64,000 bases of DNA from the NCBI GenBank assembly GCA_963776345.1, contig CAVZMH010000022.1, forward strand, positions 448,001-512,000. The letters are read 5' to 3'. This document shows, piece after piece, positions 48,070 to 60,641 of this stretch. The translations under genes and the position numbers were made by a program. Origin of the DNA: an uncultured delta proteobacterium (GTDB lineage: Bacteria > Myxococcota > Myxococcia > Myxococcales > Myxococcaceae). Under the pieces are notes generated by a model, which worked only from the letters and a program-made list of their open reading frames with translations, was not told the origin of the DNA and searched no databases. Numbering within the stretch: the stretch's first letter is position 1; each line of letters begins with the position of its first letter.

Positions 48070-48861
48070 ATGCACGTCTCCCGATTCACCAAAGCGACGA
48101 CCACCATCCCCATCGCCCTGTCAGTCCTGCTCGGCTCTGCCGCCGGCTGTGGATCCAGCACACAGCAGATCGAGTCCAGCATCGGCCCGGGCGGCGGCTC
48201 GCTGTCTCTGCCAAGCCCCGCGGTCCGGCTCGACGTCCCGGCGGGAGCGCTCACCGCGACGACCACGGTCTCCCTGCGCGCGAGCGCCGACGCTCAGGGA
48301 CTCCTTGTGACGCTCGAGCCCGCCCAGCTCGCGCTGGCCCGGCCGGCCCAGCTCTCGGTCTCGCTGGACGGGCCCCGGCACATCTCCAGCGTGACGGAGG
48401 TCAGCCGCGGCGGGGAGCAACCCATCGGGGTGGACGCCCGCATCGAGGGTTCCTCCGGCGCCAGCACCCGGCTCCACCTCGATCACCTCACGCAGGTCCG
48501 GGTGTCCACCGAGGAGGTGAGCGACGGTGGCATCGCACCCGGGGCGTGCCACGGGCACGGCGATGGGATGGACGGTGATGGCCACGAGGGCGATGGGATG
48601 GAGGGTGATGGCCACGAGGGCGACGGCGACCACCGCGACGGCGGCGTGGACGATGACGGTGGGCCCGATGGCGGCGTGGACGATGACGGTGGGCCCGATG
48701 GCGGCGTGGTCGCGTCGGGGGCCTGCCAGGCCGGCTTCGAGTGCGATGACGGCGTGTGCGTCGCCCCCGGCGGGAACGACGAGCACCACGACGACTGCCC
48801 GGGCGCCGACGGCGGAACGTGCTCGGACGACCAGGAGCACCGCGACGGCGGCCACCCCTGA
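48070..48861 (+). CDS. Lipoprotein with ZU5-like domain and His/Asp/Gly-rich repeat tail
   Basis: AAGC lipobox; IGPGGGSL...LDVPAGAL; GDGMDGDGHE and DGGVDDDGGP repeats. Confidence 0.7.
   Translation: MHVSRFTKATTTIPIALSVLLGSAAGCGSSTQQIESSIGPGGGSLSLPSPAVRLDVPAGALTATTTVSLRASADAQGLLVTLEPAQLALARPAQLSVSLDGPRHISSVTEVSRGGEQPIGVDARIEGSSGASTRLHLDHLTQVRVSTEEVSDGGIAPGACHGHGDGMDGDGHEGDGMEGDGHEGDGDHRDGGVDDDGGPDGGVDDDGGPDGGVVASGACQAGFECDDGVCVAPGGNDEHHDDCPGADGGTCSDDQEHRDGGHP
48559..48709. repeat. Two adjacent 30-bp in-frame tandem repeats
   Basis: ggcgatgggatgga(c/g)ggtgatggccacgag x2 (48559-48623) and ggcggcgtggacgatgacggtgggcccgat x2.3 (48640-48709). Confidence 0.9.
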
Positions 48862-48928
48862 CGGTCTCGCCCCGCGTAGAGCAACGGTCCCCGGGCGGGC
48901 GTGCCGCGAGGCGTCCGCCCGGACCTAT

Positions 48929-49687
48929 CTAGGCGGCTGTCGAGCGCTCGAAGTTTCGACCCAGCGAGTATGCGCGATCCAGATAACGACGCCGGGTCTC
49001 GTCGGTCGCGCCGTTGACCGCGTAGAAGTAGACGTGCTCAACGGTTCGGATGCCCGGGTAGTGGAGGCACCACTCATCCATCAGGCGCTTCATCGCCTCG
49101 CCGAAGCCCAACCCGTACGCTTCTTCGTTGAAGATCGTCGTGTTGATGATCAGCGCTTTCTCGTGCTTCAGCAGGGGAATCCGACCCCCGACGTCGCCTC
49201 GCCAACCGGCCTCCGAGAGCCCAAAGGCGAACCCCAGGGTGAAGACCCGATCGAACCATCCCTTCAGGATCGCGGGGAAGCCGACGAACCAGACCGGTGA
49301 GATGAAGACCAGCGCCTGGGCTGCGGCGACCCTTCGTTGTTGCTCGAGGACGTCCTTGGGCCTGTGTTCTTCGCGCAAGGCCCTGATGAGCGCGCGTGGG
49401 TCCTTCTCGCCAATCCAGCGCCTCACCAGGAATCGGCGCAGCGGCCCCCCAGCGCTGTCGAGCAACCCCTGTTTCAGGTTCGCCCGGTCCAGGATGTCCT
49501 GCGGAACGTTCTCATCCATCCAGTTCGGCCCGTCCCGATCACGCCACACCGGATCGAAGCCAATGCCGTAGAGATCGATGATCTCGCTGGAATGGCCGGC
49601 GTCGGCAAGGCCCTTGGTGAACTGCTCGAGGACGGCGTGACAAAACGACCTGGGACTCGGGTGCGCATAGATCGTGAGGACCTTCAT
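48929..49687 (-). CDS. NAD(P)H-dependent oxidoreductase (flavodoxin-2/quinone reductase)
   Basis: MKVLTIYAHPSPRSFC, IIDLY, SPVWFVGFPAILKGWFDRVF. Confidence 0.92.
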   Translation of the reverse strand: MKVLTIYAHPSPRSFCHAVLEQFTKGLADAGHSSEIIDLYGIGFDPVWRDRDGPNWMDENVPQDILDRANLKQGLLDSAGGPLRRFLVRRWIGEKDPRALIRALREEHRPKDVLEQQRRVAAAQALVFISPVWFVGFPAILKGWFDRVFTLGFAFGLSEAGWRGDVGGRIPLLKHEKALIINTTIFNEEAYGLGFGEAMKRLMDEWCLHYPGIRTVEHVYFYAVNGATDETRRRYLDRAYSLGRNFERSTAA

Positions 49688-49743
49688 CGCTCCCTCCGCG
49701 CTGGCAGCGGGGTGTCTACCTGTCGGGTTTGACTGCGACTGGT

Positions 49744-51357
49744 CTAGGTCCTCACGTCACACTGCAGGATCGGCGCGGTCTTCACGCAGGTGATGCTCGC
49801 GCTGCGGCCCATGAACCCGCGGGCCATGTCGATCGCTTCGCCCAGCGTGTCCGCGCGCTCCCAGCCCAGCAGCTCCGGGACGTGGTTGTTCTCGGCGCCC
49901 GCGCAGATGACCTTGCCCACGTGCTGCCGGCCGTTCTCGCCCCAGTACCACATGTAGAAGGGGTGAGCGCCGTGGTACGCGTGGCCCTTCCGGTACAGGT
50001 GCACGTACGAGGGGTTCTCCGCGAACTCGCGCTCGTACATGTGCTCGAGCTTCATCGCATCCCGCGTCTCGGGCAGCAGGCGGTTGAAGAACTCGATGTA
50101 GCTCGGGTGGTGCTCGGGATCGAACTCGTCGTACGCCGGGTGGCAGAGGATGATGACGCCGCCCTTCTTCACCAGCGGCACGCCCCGGTTCAGGTTGAAC
50201 AGGTACCCGAGCCCCATCACCTGGACCAGCAGCGGGTTCAGGATCGAGTTCACGTTGTACGGCGAGATGTACGGCACGCCGTAGATGACGACGTCGCTCT
50301 GCCCGTCGATCGGCACCGAGTACTGCTTCCAGCACAGCTCCAGCGTCTTCTCGTGGCAGGGCTCGGTCGCGCCCGCGTTCACCCCGGTCACGTTGTAAGG
50401 CGCCGGGATGTTCATGAACAGCTTCCGCTTTGCCGCCCGCGGCAGCTTGGACAGCGTGTACTTCAGGCCCTGGAACTTCAGCCGGTCGAACTCGGTGTAG
50501 TCCTCCTCCTTCTTGCCGAGGAAGCCGGTCGGACCGTCGAACATCCGGTTGTTCAGCGCGGTCTCGATGTGGAAGACCTTCAGGCTCTTGTCGATCACCC
50601 GGCCGATGCGCTCGGTGCTCCGGTGGAGCGCGCTCCGGCTCGGCTCCATGTAGCTCTCGGAGTCGCGGATGGTCTTGGGGTTGTGGTGCGCCCGTAGCGA
50701 GGCGTAGTTCGCCAGCCCCGTGCCCACCGACTTGTGCCCGCCGTCCATCGGCACCAGGTTGATGTTCACGTAGATCAGGAGGTCACTCTCGGCCGCCCGG
50801 CGGTTGATCGCCACCACCTCGCCGGCGGACGTGCGCTCCAGCTCCACGATGCCGTCCGGATCCTCGGCGTCGTGGTTGTAGTAGCGGTCGGGGTAGTAGG
50901 CGTCGAAGATCTTCGAGCCCACCATCCGCCGCATCTCCGACTCGGTCATCCGGCGGTGGAGCGCGTTGGCGATGACCAGATGCACGTCGTCCACGCCCGA
51001 GTCGGTCAACAGCTCGAGCACGATCTCGAGGATTGTCTGCCGCACGTCCGGCAGCGCCATCGGCGGCAGGGGCAGCGAGATGTCGTCGATCGCCACCGTC
51101 ACCTTCATCCCCGGCCGGAGCAGCGCGTGCAGCGGGTCCATCCCCTCCGGGTGGTTCAGCGCCCAGCGGATCGCCGCCTTCACGTTGGGCACGCCCTGCA
51201 GCGGCTGGCGGGGGAACACCACGCGGGTGTCCAGCGGCAGGTCCTCGAGCAGGAAGTCCTCCCCGAAGAAGAGCACCCGGGGCGGGCTGCCCTTCTCGGT
51301 CACCACCACGTGGCGTTCCTCGTCGTAGAGCCGCTTCAGCGTCTTGAGCTGGCGCAT
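49744..51357 (-). CDS. Lactate racemase (LarA/DUF2088) domain protein, elb-cluster-like
   Basis: [52 protein letters not shown]. Confidence 0.85.
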   Translation of the reverse strand: MRQLKTLKRLYDEERHVVVTEKGSPPRVLFFGEDFLLEDLPLDTRVVFPRQPLQGVPNVKAAIRWALNHPEGMDPLHALLRPGMKVTVAIDDISLPLPPMALPDVRQTILEIVLELLTDSGVDDVHLVIANALHRRMTESEMRRMVGSKIFDAYYPDRYYNHDAEDPDGIVELERTSAGEVVAINRRAAESDLLIYVNINLVPMDGGHKSVGTGLANYASLRAHHNPKTIRDSESYMEPSRSALHRSTERIGRVIDKSLKVFHIETALNNRMFDGPTGFLGKKEEDYTEFDRLKFQGLKYTLSKLPRAAKRKLFMNIPAPYNVTGVNAGATEPCHEKTLELCWKQYSVPIDGQSDVVIYGVPYISPYNVNSILNPLLVQVMGLGYLFNLNRGVPLVKKGGVIILCHPAYDEFDPEHHPSYIEFFNRLLPETRDAMKLEHMYEREFAENPSYVHLYRKGHAYHGAHPFYMWYWGENGRQHVGKVICAGAENNHVPELLGWERADTLGEAIDMARGFMGRSASITCVKTAPILQCDVRT

Positions 51358-51371
51358 CCCGGGGATCCTCT

Positions 51372-52038
51372 CTAGCGCAGATCGAGCACCGGCCAGTGGT
51401 ACGCCCGGGCGATGGACCGGAGCCGCACGTCCGGGTTCACCGCCGTGGGCCGGCCCACCATGGCCAGCATCGCGTAGTCGCTGAAGCTGTCGGAGTAGGC
51501 GAAGCTCTGGTCCAGCTGCAGCTCGTGCTTCACGCAGTACTCGCGGATGGCGTTGGCCTTGTTCGCCCCCTCGATGATCGGGGGAATCGACCTTTCCGGT
51601 CGCGAAGCCCCCGACGAACTGCATCTTGTTGGCGATGACGTCGTCGGCGCGCAGGTGCCGGGCCAGGGGGAGGACGGTGAAGTCCAGCGCGCCGGTGATC
51701 AGCACGATGCGGCACCCGGCGCGTCGCGCCTCGTCGATCAGGTCCTGCGCCTTGGGGAAGATGGCCGGCTTCAGCACGTCCTCCAGCAGCTCCTCGGCGA
51801 GCACCACCAGCCGGTCCTCGGACAGCCCCTCGTAGGCCCGGTAGAAGTACTCGTTGAAGACCTTCCGGTTGATGAGGTCCAGCCCTGCATAGACCGGGAT
51901 CTGGGCCACCGTGGCCAGCGTCCGCGCCGCGATGCCGGTCAGGGAGCCCCGGTTCATCGCGTAGTACGCGTAGGTGTGGACGATGTTCGTCCGCACCAGC
52001 GTTCCGTCGACGTCGTAGAAAGCCGCCTTGGCGCTCAT
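51372..52038 (-). CDS. HAD-IB family hydrolase, frameshifted (+1) near 51590
   Basis: [12 protein letters not shown]; continues in another frame as [11 protein letters not shown]...[12 protein letters not shown]...AVNPD...WPVLDLR*; span 667 = 3n+1. Confidence 0.88.
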
Positions 52039-53007
52039 ATCCAGCCGTGGGCCTGATACCACGCGGCGCTCCGGGCAATCGAGGTGCGCGCGTCGATGCG
52101 GGGGACCCACCCCAGCCGCGCCCGCGCCTTCTCCCCGCTGCAGGTCCACGCCGGCGCGAGCAGCTGGCGCGCGAGCTTCCGGTTCAAGGGCAGGTGCTTG
52201 CCCGTCAGCCGGCTCCAGCCGTCCGCCATCGCCGCCAGCGCCCGGAGCCGCCCCGGCGACAGCCGCAGCGTGCGCGGCGTCACCCCCAGCGCCCGCGCCC
52301 CGAGCTCCTGGATCTCCTCGAGGCTCGTCTGGTCCGGCCCCGGCGTGAAGAAGGCCTCCCCCACCGCCTCGGGCCGCACCGCGAGCAGGAGGAGGCACTC
52401 GACGACGTCGTCCACGTCCACCACCGAGAGCGGCCTGGGCCCACCCCCGATCTCCAGCCGGATGCCTCGCTTGACCAGCCGGAAGAAGACCAGGTTCTCG
52501 CGATCTCCCGGCCCGAGGATGCGGGGCGGCCGCGCCACGGTGACCTCGAGCCCCGCCGTCCCCAGCGCGATCCGCTCGGCCTCGGCCTTGCTCTCGCCGT
52601 ACCATTCCTCGGGGAGCAAGGGGTCCGTCTCCACGTGGGGCCGGTCGGGACGGGAGGGCCCCACCGCCGCCAGCGAGCCGGCGAGCACCATCCGGCGGGC
52701 CCCCGCCCGGAGCATCGCGTCACACACCGTCCGCGTCCCCTCCGCGTTGACCCGGAAGAAGGCCGAGCGCTCGGGGGCCCGGCGCAGGCCCGCGAGGTGG
52801 AACACCACCTCCATCCCCTCGACCGCCCGCTGCACGGACGCTGCCTCCGTCACGTCCCCGGGCGACCCTCTCCACGCCCACCCCCTCGAGGGCCGCCGCG
52901 TCGCTTCCGGGACGCACCAGGGCCCGGACCCGGTGCCCGTGTCCCACCAGCCGGCGGGCCAGGGCACTGCCCAGGAACCCGTTTGCACCCGTGATCAGCA
53001 CCTGCAT
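52035..53007 (-). CDS. NAD-dependent epimerase/dehydratase, frameshifted (+1) near 52860
   Basis: ITGANGFLG in one frame; GDVTE...VFHLAG...YGESK...ILGPGD in another; span 973 = 3n+1. Confidence 0.88.
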
Positions 53008-53030
53008 GTCAGAGGGGCCTCCCAGGAATC

Positions 53031-53117
53031 TCAGAGGGGGAAACACCTTCCAGGCGTGTTTTCTCCTCTGAAGTCTGATATCCGCCCAGCCTTGGCTTCG
53101 TCGAAGAAACGAAGCCA
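53031..53117. promoter_or_regulatory. Two inverted repeats in the divergent epimerase/SWIB intergenic region
   Basis: TCAGAGGGGGAAACAC/GTGTTTTCTCCTCTGA (53031-53071) and TGGCTTCGT-N7-ACGAAGCCA (53093-53117). Confidence 0.55.
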
Positions 53118-53178
53118 TCGACTCGACGACGAGCCGTACAACGTCCCCTGAACAGAGGGGGAGGGAGAATTCGACCGA

Positions 53179-53484
53179 ATGGCCGCCAAGAAGCCCGCGA
53201 AGAAGCCGGCAAAGAAGTCATCGGGAGCCAAGCGCAAGCCGAACGCCGCCTTCATGAAGGAGCTGATGCCGTCCGAGGACCTCGCGCAGGTGATCGGTAG
53301 CAAGCCGATCCCCCGTACCGAGGTGGTGAAGAAGCTCTGGGCCTACATCCGCAAGAACAATCTCCAGGACGCCAAGGAGAGGCGGATGATCAACGCCGAC
53401 GACAAGCTGAGGCCCGTCTTCGGCGGCAAGAAGCAGGTCTCGATGTTCGAGATGACCAAGCTGGTCAACAAGCACCTGAGCTGA
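53179..53484 (+). CDS. SWIB/MDM2 domain protein with basic N-terminal tail
   Basis: PNAAFMK...PSEDLAQVIG...PRTEVVKKLWAYIRKNNLQD...INADDKL...VSMFEMTKLVNKHL. Confidence 0.95.
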   Translation: MAAKKPAKKPAKKSSGAKRKPNAAFMKELMPSEDLAQVIGSKPIPRTEVVKKLWAYIRKNNLQDAKERRMINADDKLRPVFGGKKQVSMFEMTKLVNKHLS

Positions 53485-53492
53485 GTCGTCTC

Positions 53493-53511
53493 GCCGGGGC
53501 GATGCCCCCGG
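53493..53511 (+). terminator. GC hairpin after the SWIB gene
   Basis: GCCGGGG...CCCCGGC. Confidence 0.3.
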
Positions 53512-53688
53512 CACCCTGTGGGGCTCCGTGGTCGGCTGCGCGAAAGCGACCACGGAGCCCTTCGTACGTCCGGGGCTCCGGTCGCCCATCCTCGACGCTG
53601 GACGCTCGGGCGCCGAGGTCCTCCGAGGGCGAAGCCCTGGCCTGGACGGTGCACTGACGGTCGGCACGCTCGCTCCGAGGTGCCCTCC

Positions 53689-54642
53689 ATGTCCGTCGGC
53701 CCCGTCGTCTCCGGCTCGCCCGAGGTCTCGGGCCCGGCGCAGCCCGACGCTGCCCAGCAGTGCGTCGTCCAGCCGGGGGACACGCTCTCGGCCATCGCTC
53801 GTCGGCTTCAGCAGCAAGGCATGCCTGGAAGCACCGCCGAGCTGGTGCGCACGATCGCCCGGCTCAACGGCATCTCCAACCCCGACCGGATCGAGGTGGG
53901 GCAGGTGCTCACCCTGCCTACACGGCCTTTGGCCGGCACCCACCCCGAGGACCCGGTGGTCGTGGCGGGCACGGTGCCCCGGCTGTCGCTCGGCAGCCTC
54001 TTCAGCGCCGCCGAGCGGCAGACGCTCCTCCAGGGCGCGCTCCTCCGGCTGACCCGGGGGTGGAGCGCCCCGGCGCAGGCGCGCCATCCCCGCGGCCCGG
54101 ACGGCACGCCGCTCTTCCGGCAGGGAGATCCGGCCTGGCGCACGGAGCGGCTCGGGGTGGCGGGCGACGGACCCACGCTCGCCCATGCCGGCTGCGCGGT
54201 CACCGCCTGCGCCATGGCGCTGAGCCGGCTCGGCGGCACCCTCCTGACCCCCGACGCCCTGGTCCGCCACCTCCGCGAGGCGGGCGGCTTCCAGGGCCCG
54301 CTGGTCGACTGGGGCGTGGCGGGAGCGGCCGTCCGGGGAGCGCCCCGGGCCTGTCCGGGCGAGCTCGACGGCCCGGGGATGGATCGCGAGCTGGACGCGG
54401 GACGGCCGGTCCTGCTCCGGGTGACGCACGACGTCCAGGGGCTCTCCCGGCAGCACTGGATCTGCCTGACCGGCCGCGACTCGAGGACCGGCCAGTACAC
54501 GGCGAACGACCCCGCGACCGGGCACACCACCGCGCTGGTCCGGAGGGGGGGCGCGCTGGCGAGCGTCCCGGGCGAGCCCGTCCGGTACGCCTCCGACGGG
54601 CGGATGGTGACGTTCAGCCCAGGCCCCGCGCGGCAGGCGTGA
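53689..54642 (+). CDS. LysM plus C39-like cysteine peptidase domain protein
   Basis: VQPGDTLSAIA...LNGISNPDRIEVGQVLTLP; FRQGDPAW...AGCAVTACAMAL...QHWICLTG...ANDP. Confidence 0.85.
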   Translation: MSVGPVVSGSPEVSGPAQPDAAQQCVVQPGDTLSAIARRLQQQGMPGSTAELVRTIARLNGISNPDRIEVGQVLTLPTRPLAGTHPEDPVVVAGTVPRLSLGSLFSAAERQTLLQGALLRLTRGWSAPAQARHPRGPDGTPLFRQGDPAWRTERLGVAGDGPTLAHAGCAVTACAMALSRLGGTLLTPDALVRHLREAGGFQGPLVDWGVAGAAVRGAPRACPGELDGPGMDRELDAGRPVLLRVTHDVQGLSRQHWICLTGRDSRTGQYTANDPATGHTTALVRRGGALASVPGEPVRYASDGRMVTFSPGPARQA

Positions 54643-54649
54643 GCGCGGG

Positions 54650-55310
54650 CCCGTTCGGTTGCCCAGCGGCCATCGATGTCTGCCGGCGCGAGTCTCGCCC
54701 GCGGTGCTGAGTCCTCGTCGCCCGGGTCGCGCCCGCCGGCTAGGGGCTCGAGCACCAGCGGCGAGGGCCGCCCGGCGACCTCCAGCTCGAGCGGCTCGCG
54801 CGGCCGAGCCAGCGCGGCTCGGGACTCCGGCGGAGCGAACGTGCCCCGGTGCTGCGGGACCGCCTCGGGCCAGGCCAGGCGCTCCCCGGGTCCTGGAGCT
54901 CGAAGCCCAGCGCCTCGGCGTGGGCCCGGACCAGCAGCCCCGCGAGCTGGGGAACGAGGAAGAGCGCGAATGCGGCCAGTGTGGCCGCGACGTCCACCCA
55001 GAGTGTGGGCCCCTGCCCGTCTCCCAGCTCGGCGCTGGCCCAGAGCAGCCGCGAGAACAGGAGCCCGCGGCGCCCGCGCCCGCCACGCCCTCCGGTGCCA
55101 GCGCGGGTCGAGCGTCCTCGCCAGTCCGTGGCCCGAGGCGAACCGGGTCAGTACCATCGGCGCGCAGGCGCCCCCCACGACCGCCAGGCCGGTCCTCGCG
55201 TCCGCATCGAGCGTGTCGCTCCACAGAAGCAGCGGGGCGGTCAGGACGAGGCCGGGCGCAGGCCGGGCCAGCGTGGCCCCGGTCAGCGCCAGAGGGCAGG
55301 GCCACGGGGA
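54650..55310 (-). pseudogene. Probable membrane protein gene broken by several frameshifts
   Basis: Hydrophobic segments GLVLTAPLLLWSD...LAVVGGAC and GLLFSRLLW...VAATLAAFALFLVPQLAGLLV lie in different frames; boundaries approximate. Confidence 0.35.
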
Positions 55311-55416
55311 GCGTGCAGTGTCGCCCGGGCGGCTGACCCGGAGCGAGACCCTGTGTGCGCGAGGGGACTGTTGGCTCGCCGGGCCGGGCGTCCTCCGCTA
55401 AGCACCCTGTACACCC

Positions 55417-58400
55417 ATGCACCCGCACCTCGACGAGGCCCGAGAGGCCGCTCCGCCCGGCCAGACCCCGGAGGTCGACGAGCCGGCCCTCGCCGGGCCG
55501 CTGTACGCCCGGACCCGGGAGCACGTCCTGGCCCAGCGGCAGAGCCCGCTCTCCACCTACCGGGTGCAGCTGCACCGTGAGCTCGACTTCGCCCGGGCGA
55601 GCGCGGCGCTGCCGTACCTGGCCCGGCTCGGGGTGAGTCACCTCTACGCCTCGCCCATCCTCCGCGCGATGCCCGGGAGCGCCCACGGGTACGACGTGGT
55701 CGACCACGGCGAGGTCAACCCGGAGCTCGGCGGCGGGGTGGGGCTCGCCGCGCTCACCGACGCGCTGCGAGCGAACGGGCTGGGGCTGCTGCTGGACACG
55801 GTGCCCAACCACATGGGAATCGCCGCGGGGAACGCGCTCTGGGAGGACGTGCTGGAGAACGGTCCGGCGGCGGTCCACGCGCACTTCTTCGACGTGGACT
55901 GGGAGCCGGTGAAGACCGAGCTCCGCGGCAAGGTCCTGCTCCCCGTCCTCGGCGACCAGTACGGCGTGGTGCTGGACCGGGGCGAGCTGCAGCTCGAGTA
56001 CCAGGGCGGGACCATCGCGCTCCGCTACCTCGAGCACCGCTTCCCCCTGAACCCGCGCGCCTACCAGGACGTGCTCGGCCCGGGGCTGGAGCAGGTGGGC
56101 AGCCAGCTCGGCGACTCGCATCCCGACTTCACCGAGCTGCAGAGCATCCTCACCGGCCTCCGCAACCTGCCGTCGCGGGCCGAGACCACGCCGGAGAAGG
56201 TGCTGGAGCGGAACCGGGAGAAGGAGGTGCTCAAGCGGCGGCTGAACGTGCTGGTGAGCAGCTCGCCCGTGGTCGCCGAGCACGTGCGGACCAACCTCGC
56301 CCGGCTCAACGGACACCCCGGCGACCCGCGCAGCTTCGACGCGCTGGACCGCCTGCTCGAGCGCTACGTGCCCTACCGGCTGGCGCACTGGCGCGTGGCC
56401 GGCGAGGAGATCAACTACCGGCGCTTCTTCGACATCAACAGCCTGGCGGCGATCCGGGTCGAGGACCGTGAGGTGTTCGAGGAGGCGCACGCGCTCACCT
56501 TCCAGCTGCTCGCCCGGGACCAGGTGCAGGGCCTCCGCATCGACCATCCCGACGGCCTGTTCGACCCGAGCGCCTACTTCCTCCGGCTGCAAGAGCGGTA
56601 CTTCCTCGACCAGGCGCGGAAGCTCGCCGGGGATTCCGTGGACGATGGGAGCTGGCCGGCGGTGAGCGAGGCGCTGCTGGGCCGCTGGCGCGCGGAGGCC
56701 GGGGCCGATCCCTCCGCCCCGCTGCGCCGAGCGCTGTACGTGGTGGTGGAGAAGATCCAGGGCGGCAAGGAGCGCATCCCGGAGGACTGGGCGGTGCAGG
56801 GCACCACCGGGTACCGCTTCGCCAACCTCACCACCGGGCTGCTGGTCGACATGTCGGCGGCCCGGGAGTTCACCGAGATCTACGAGGAGTTCATCGGGCA
56901 GCCGACGAGCTTCGAGGCGCTGCTGGTGGAGAAGAAGAGGCAGGTGGTGGCGGCGAGCATGGCCAGCGAGATCAACGGGCTGGCCCGCGAGCTCAATCGA
57001 ATATCCGAGATGAACCGCCGCACCCGCGACTTCACGCTGAACTCCATCCGCCGGGCGCTGATCGGCTTCATCGCCCACTTCCCGGTGTACCGGACCTACG
57101 TCTCCGCCGCGCCGGGCGTCGACGAGCGCGACGCGCACTACATCCAGTGGGCCATCGCCCGGGCGCGGGTCGCGGACCCCATCACCAGCGCCTCGCTGTT
57201 CCAGTGGCTGGAGGAGCTGCTGCTCAAGCGGTACCCGGAACACCTTCCGCTCCCCGAGCGCCAGGTGATGCTGCGGGTCGCCATGAAGCTCCAGCAGATC
57301 ACCGGTCCGGTGATGGCGAAGGGACTGGAGGACACCGTCTTCTACGTCTACAACCGCCTGGTGGCGCTCAACGAGGTGGGCGGGGAACCGGAGCACTTCG
57401 GGGCCAGCGTGGAGACCTTCCATCACCGCAACGTCGAGCGCGCCGGCGACTGGCCCGGAGGGTTGCTCGCCAGCTCCACCCACGACACCAAGCGGAGCGA
57501 GGACCTGCGCGCCAGGCTGGCGGTGCTCTCGGAGATGCCGGCCGAGTGGCGCCGCGCGCTCCAGACCTGGCGGAAGCTGAACGCGGTCCACAAGACCGAG
57601 CTCCCCGGCGGCCCCGCGCCGTCCGCCAACGACGAGTACCTCCTCTACCAGACGCTGCTCGGCGTCTGGCCCATGGGGGAGCTGGACCCGTCCCACCTCC
57701 CGGCGTTCGGTGCGCGGATCCGCGAGTACATGCTCAAGGCCATCCGGGAGGCGAAGGTCCACACCGGCTGGACAAACCCCGACCCGGACTACGAAGAGGC
57801 CACCACCCGCTTCGTGGACCGCCTCCTCGACCCGGGCGTCTCGCGGGTGTTCTTCGACCAGGCGCGGCTCCTCAAGGAGAAGCTCGAGCGCCCCGGGCAG
57901 GTGAACTCGCTGGTGCAGCTGGCGCTGAAGCTGGCCAGCCCCGGGGTGCCGGACATCTACCAGGGCTGCGAGCTGTGGGACCTCTCGCTGGTGGACCCGG
58001 ACAACCGCCGCCCGGTGGACTTCCAGCTCCGGGACCAGATGCTCTCCGAGCTGCTCCGCCGCCACGCCCAGGCGCCGCTGAGCACGGCGCGCGACGCGTG
58101 GGCCGATCCCACCGACGGGCGGTGCAAGCTGCTCCTCACCGCGGTGATGCTCCGGCTCCGGCAGGCGCGGCCCGAGCTGTTCCGGCGAGGCGGCTACCAG
58201 GCGCTGGAGGTGGAGGGGAACTCCGCGGCGCGGGCGCTGGCCTTCGCCCGGCGGCTCGGGGACGAGGCGGTGGTGGTGGCCGCGCCCCGGCTGGTCACCG
58301 GCGCGCTCAGGGCCGGGCTCGGTCCGGCCCACGGCTCGACGCGGGTGCGGCTCCCCGCGGAGCTGGCCGGCCGGCGCCTGCGGAGCGTCGTCACCGGGGC

Positions 58401-58481
58401 GGACGTGCAGCCACTCGAGGGGGGACTTCTGCTGGGACCGCTCCTGGCCGACTTCCCGGTGGCGGTCCTGGAGGCCGTGGA

Positions 58482-58485
<4 letters not shown>
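55417..58485 (+). CDS. treY: Malto-oligosyltrehalose synthase
   Basis: [78 protein letters not shown]. Confidence 0.96.

Positions 58486-60637
<2,152 letters not shown>

Positions 60638-60641
<4 letters not shown>

Noticed and set aside
48559..48709. 30-bp repeats as a CRISPR array
   Set aside because: Contiguous in-frame coding repeats with no spacers and no cas genes
49744..52605. 953-aa apparent HAD-LarA fusion ORF
   Set aside because: A +1 shift near 51590 diverts the HAD frame; the HAD C-terminus and stop exist in another frame, and the LarA-like gene has its own RBS and ATG
53218..58332. 1704-aa minus-strand ORF and similar long antisense ORFs (e.g. 1743-3599, 23732-26122, 58194-60452)
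   Set aside because: Shadow frames of real high-GC genes on the opposite strand, with no domain motifs
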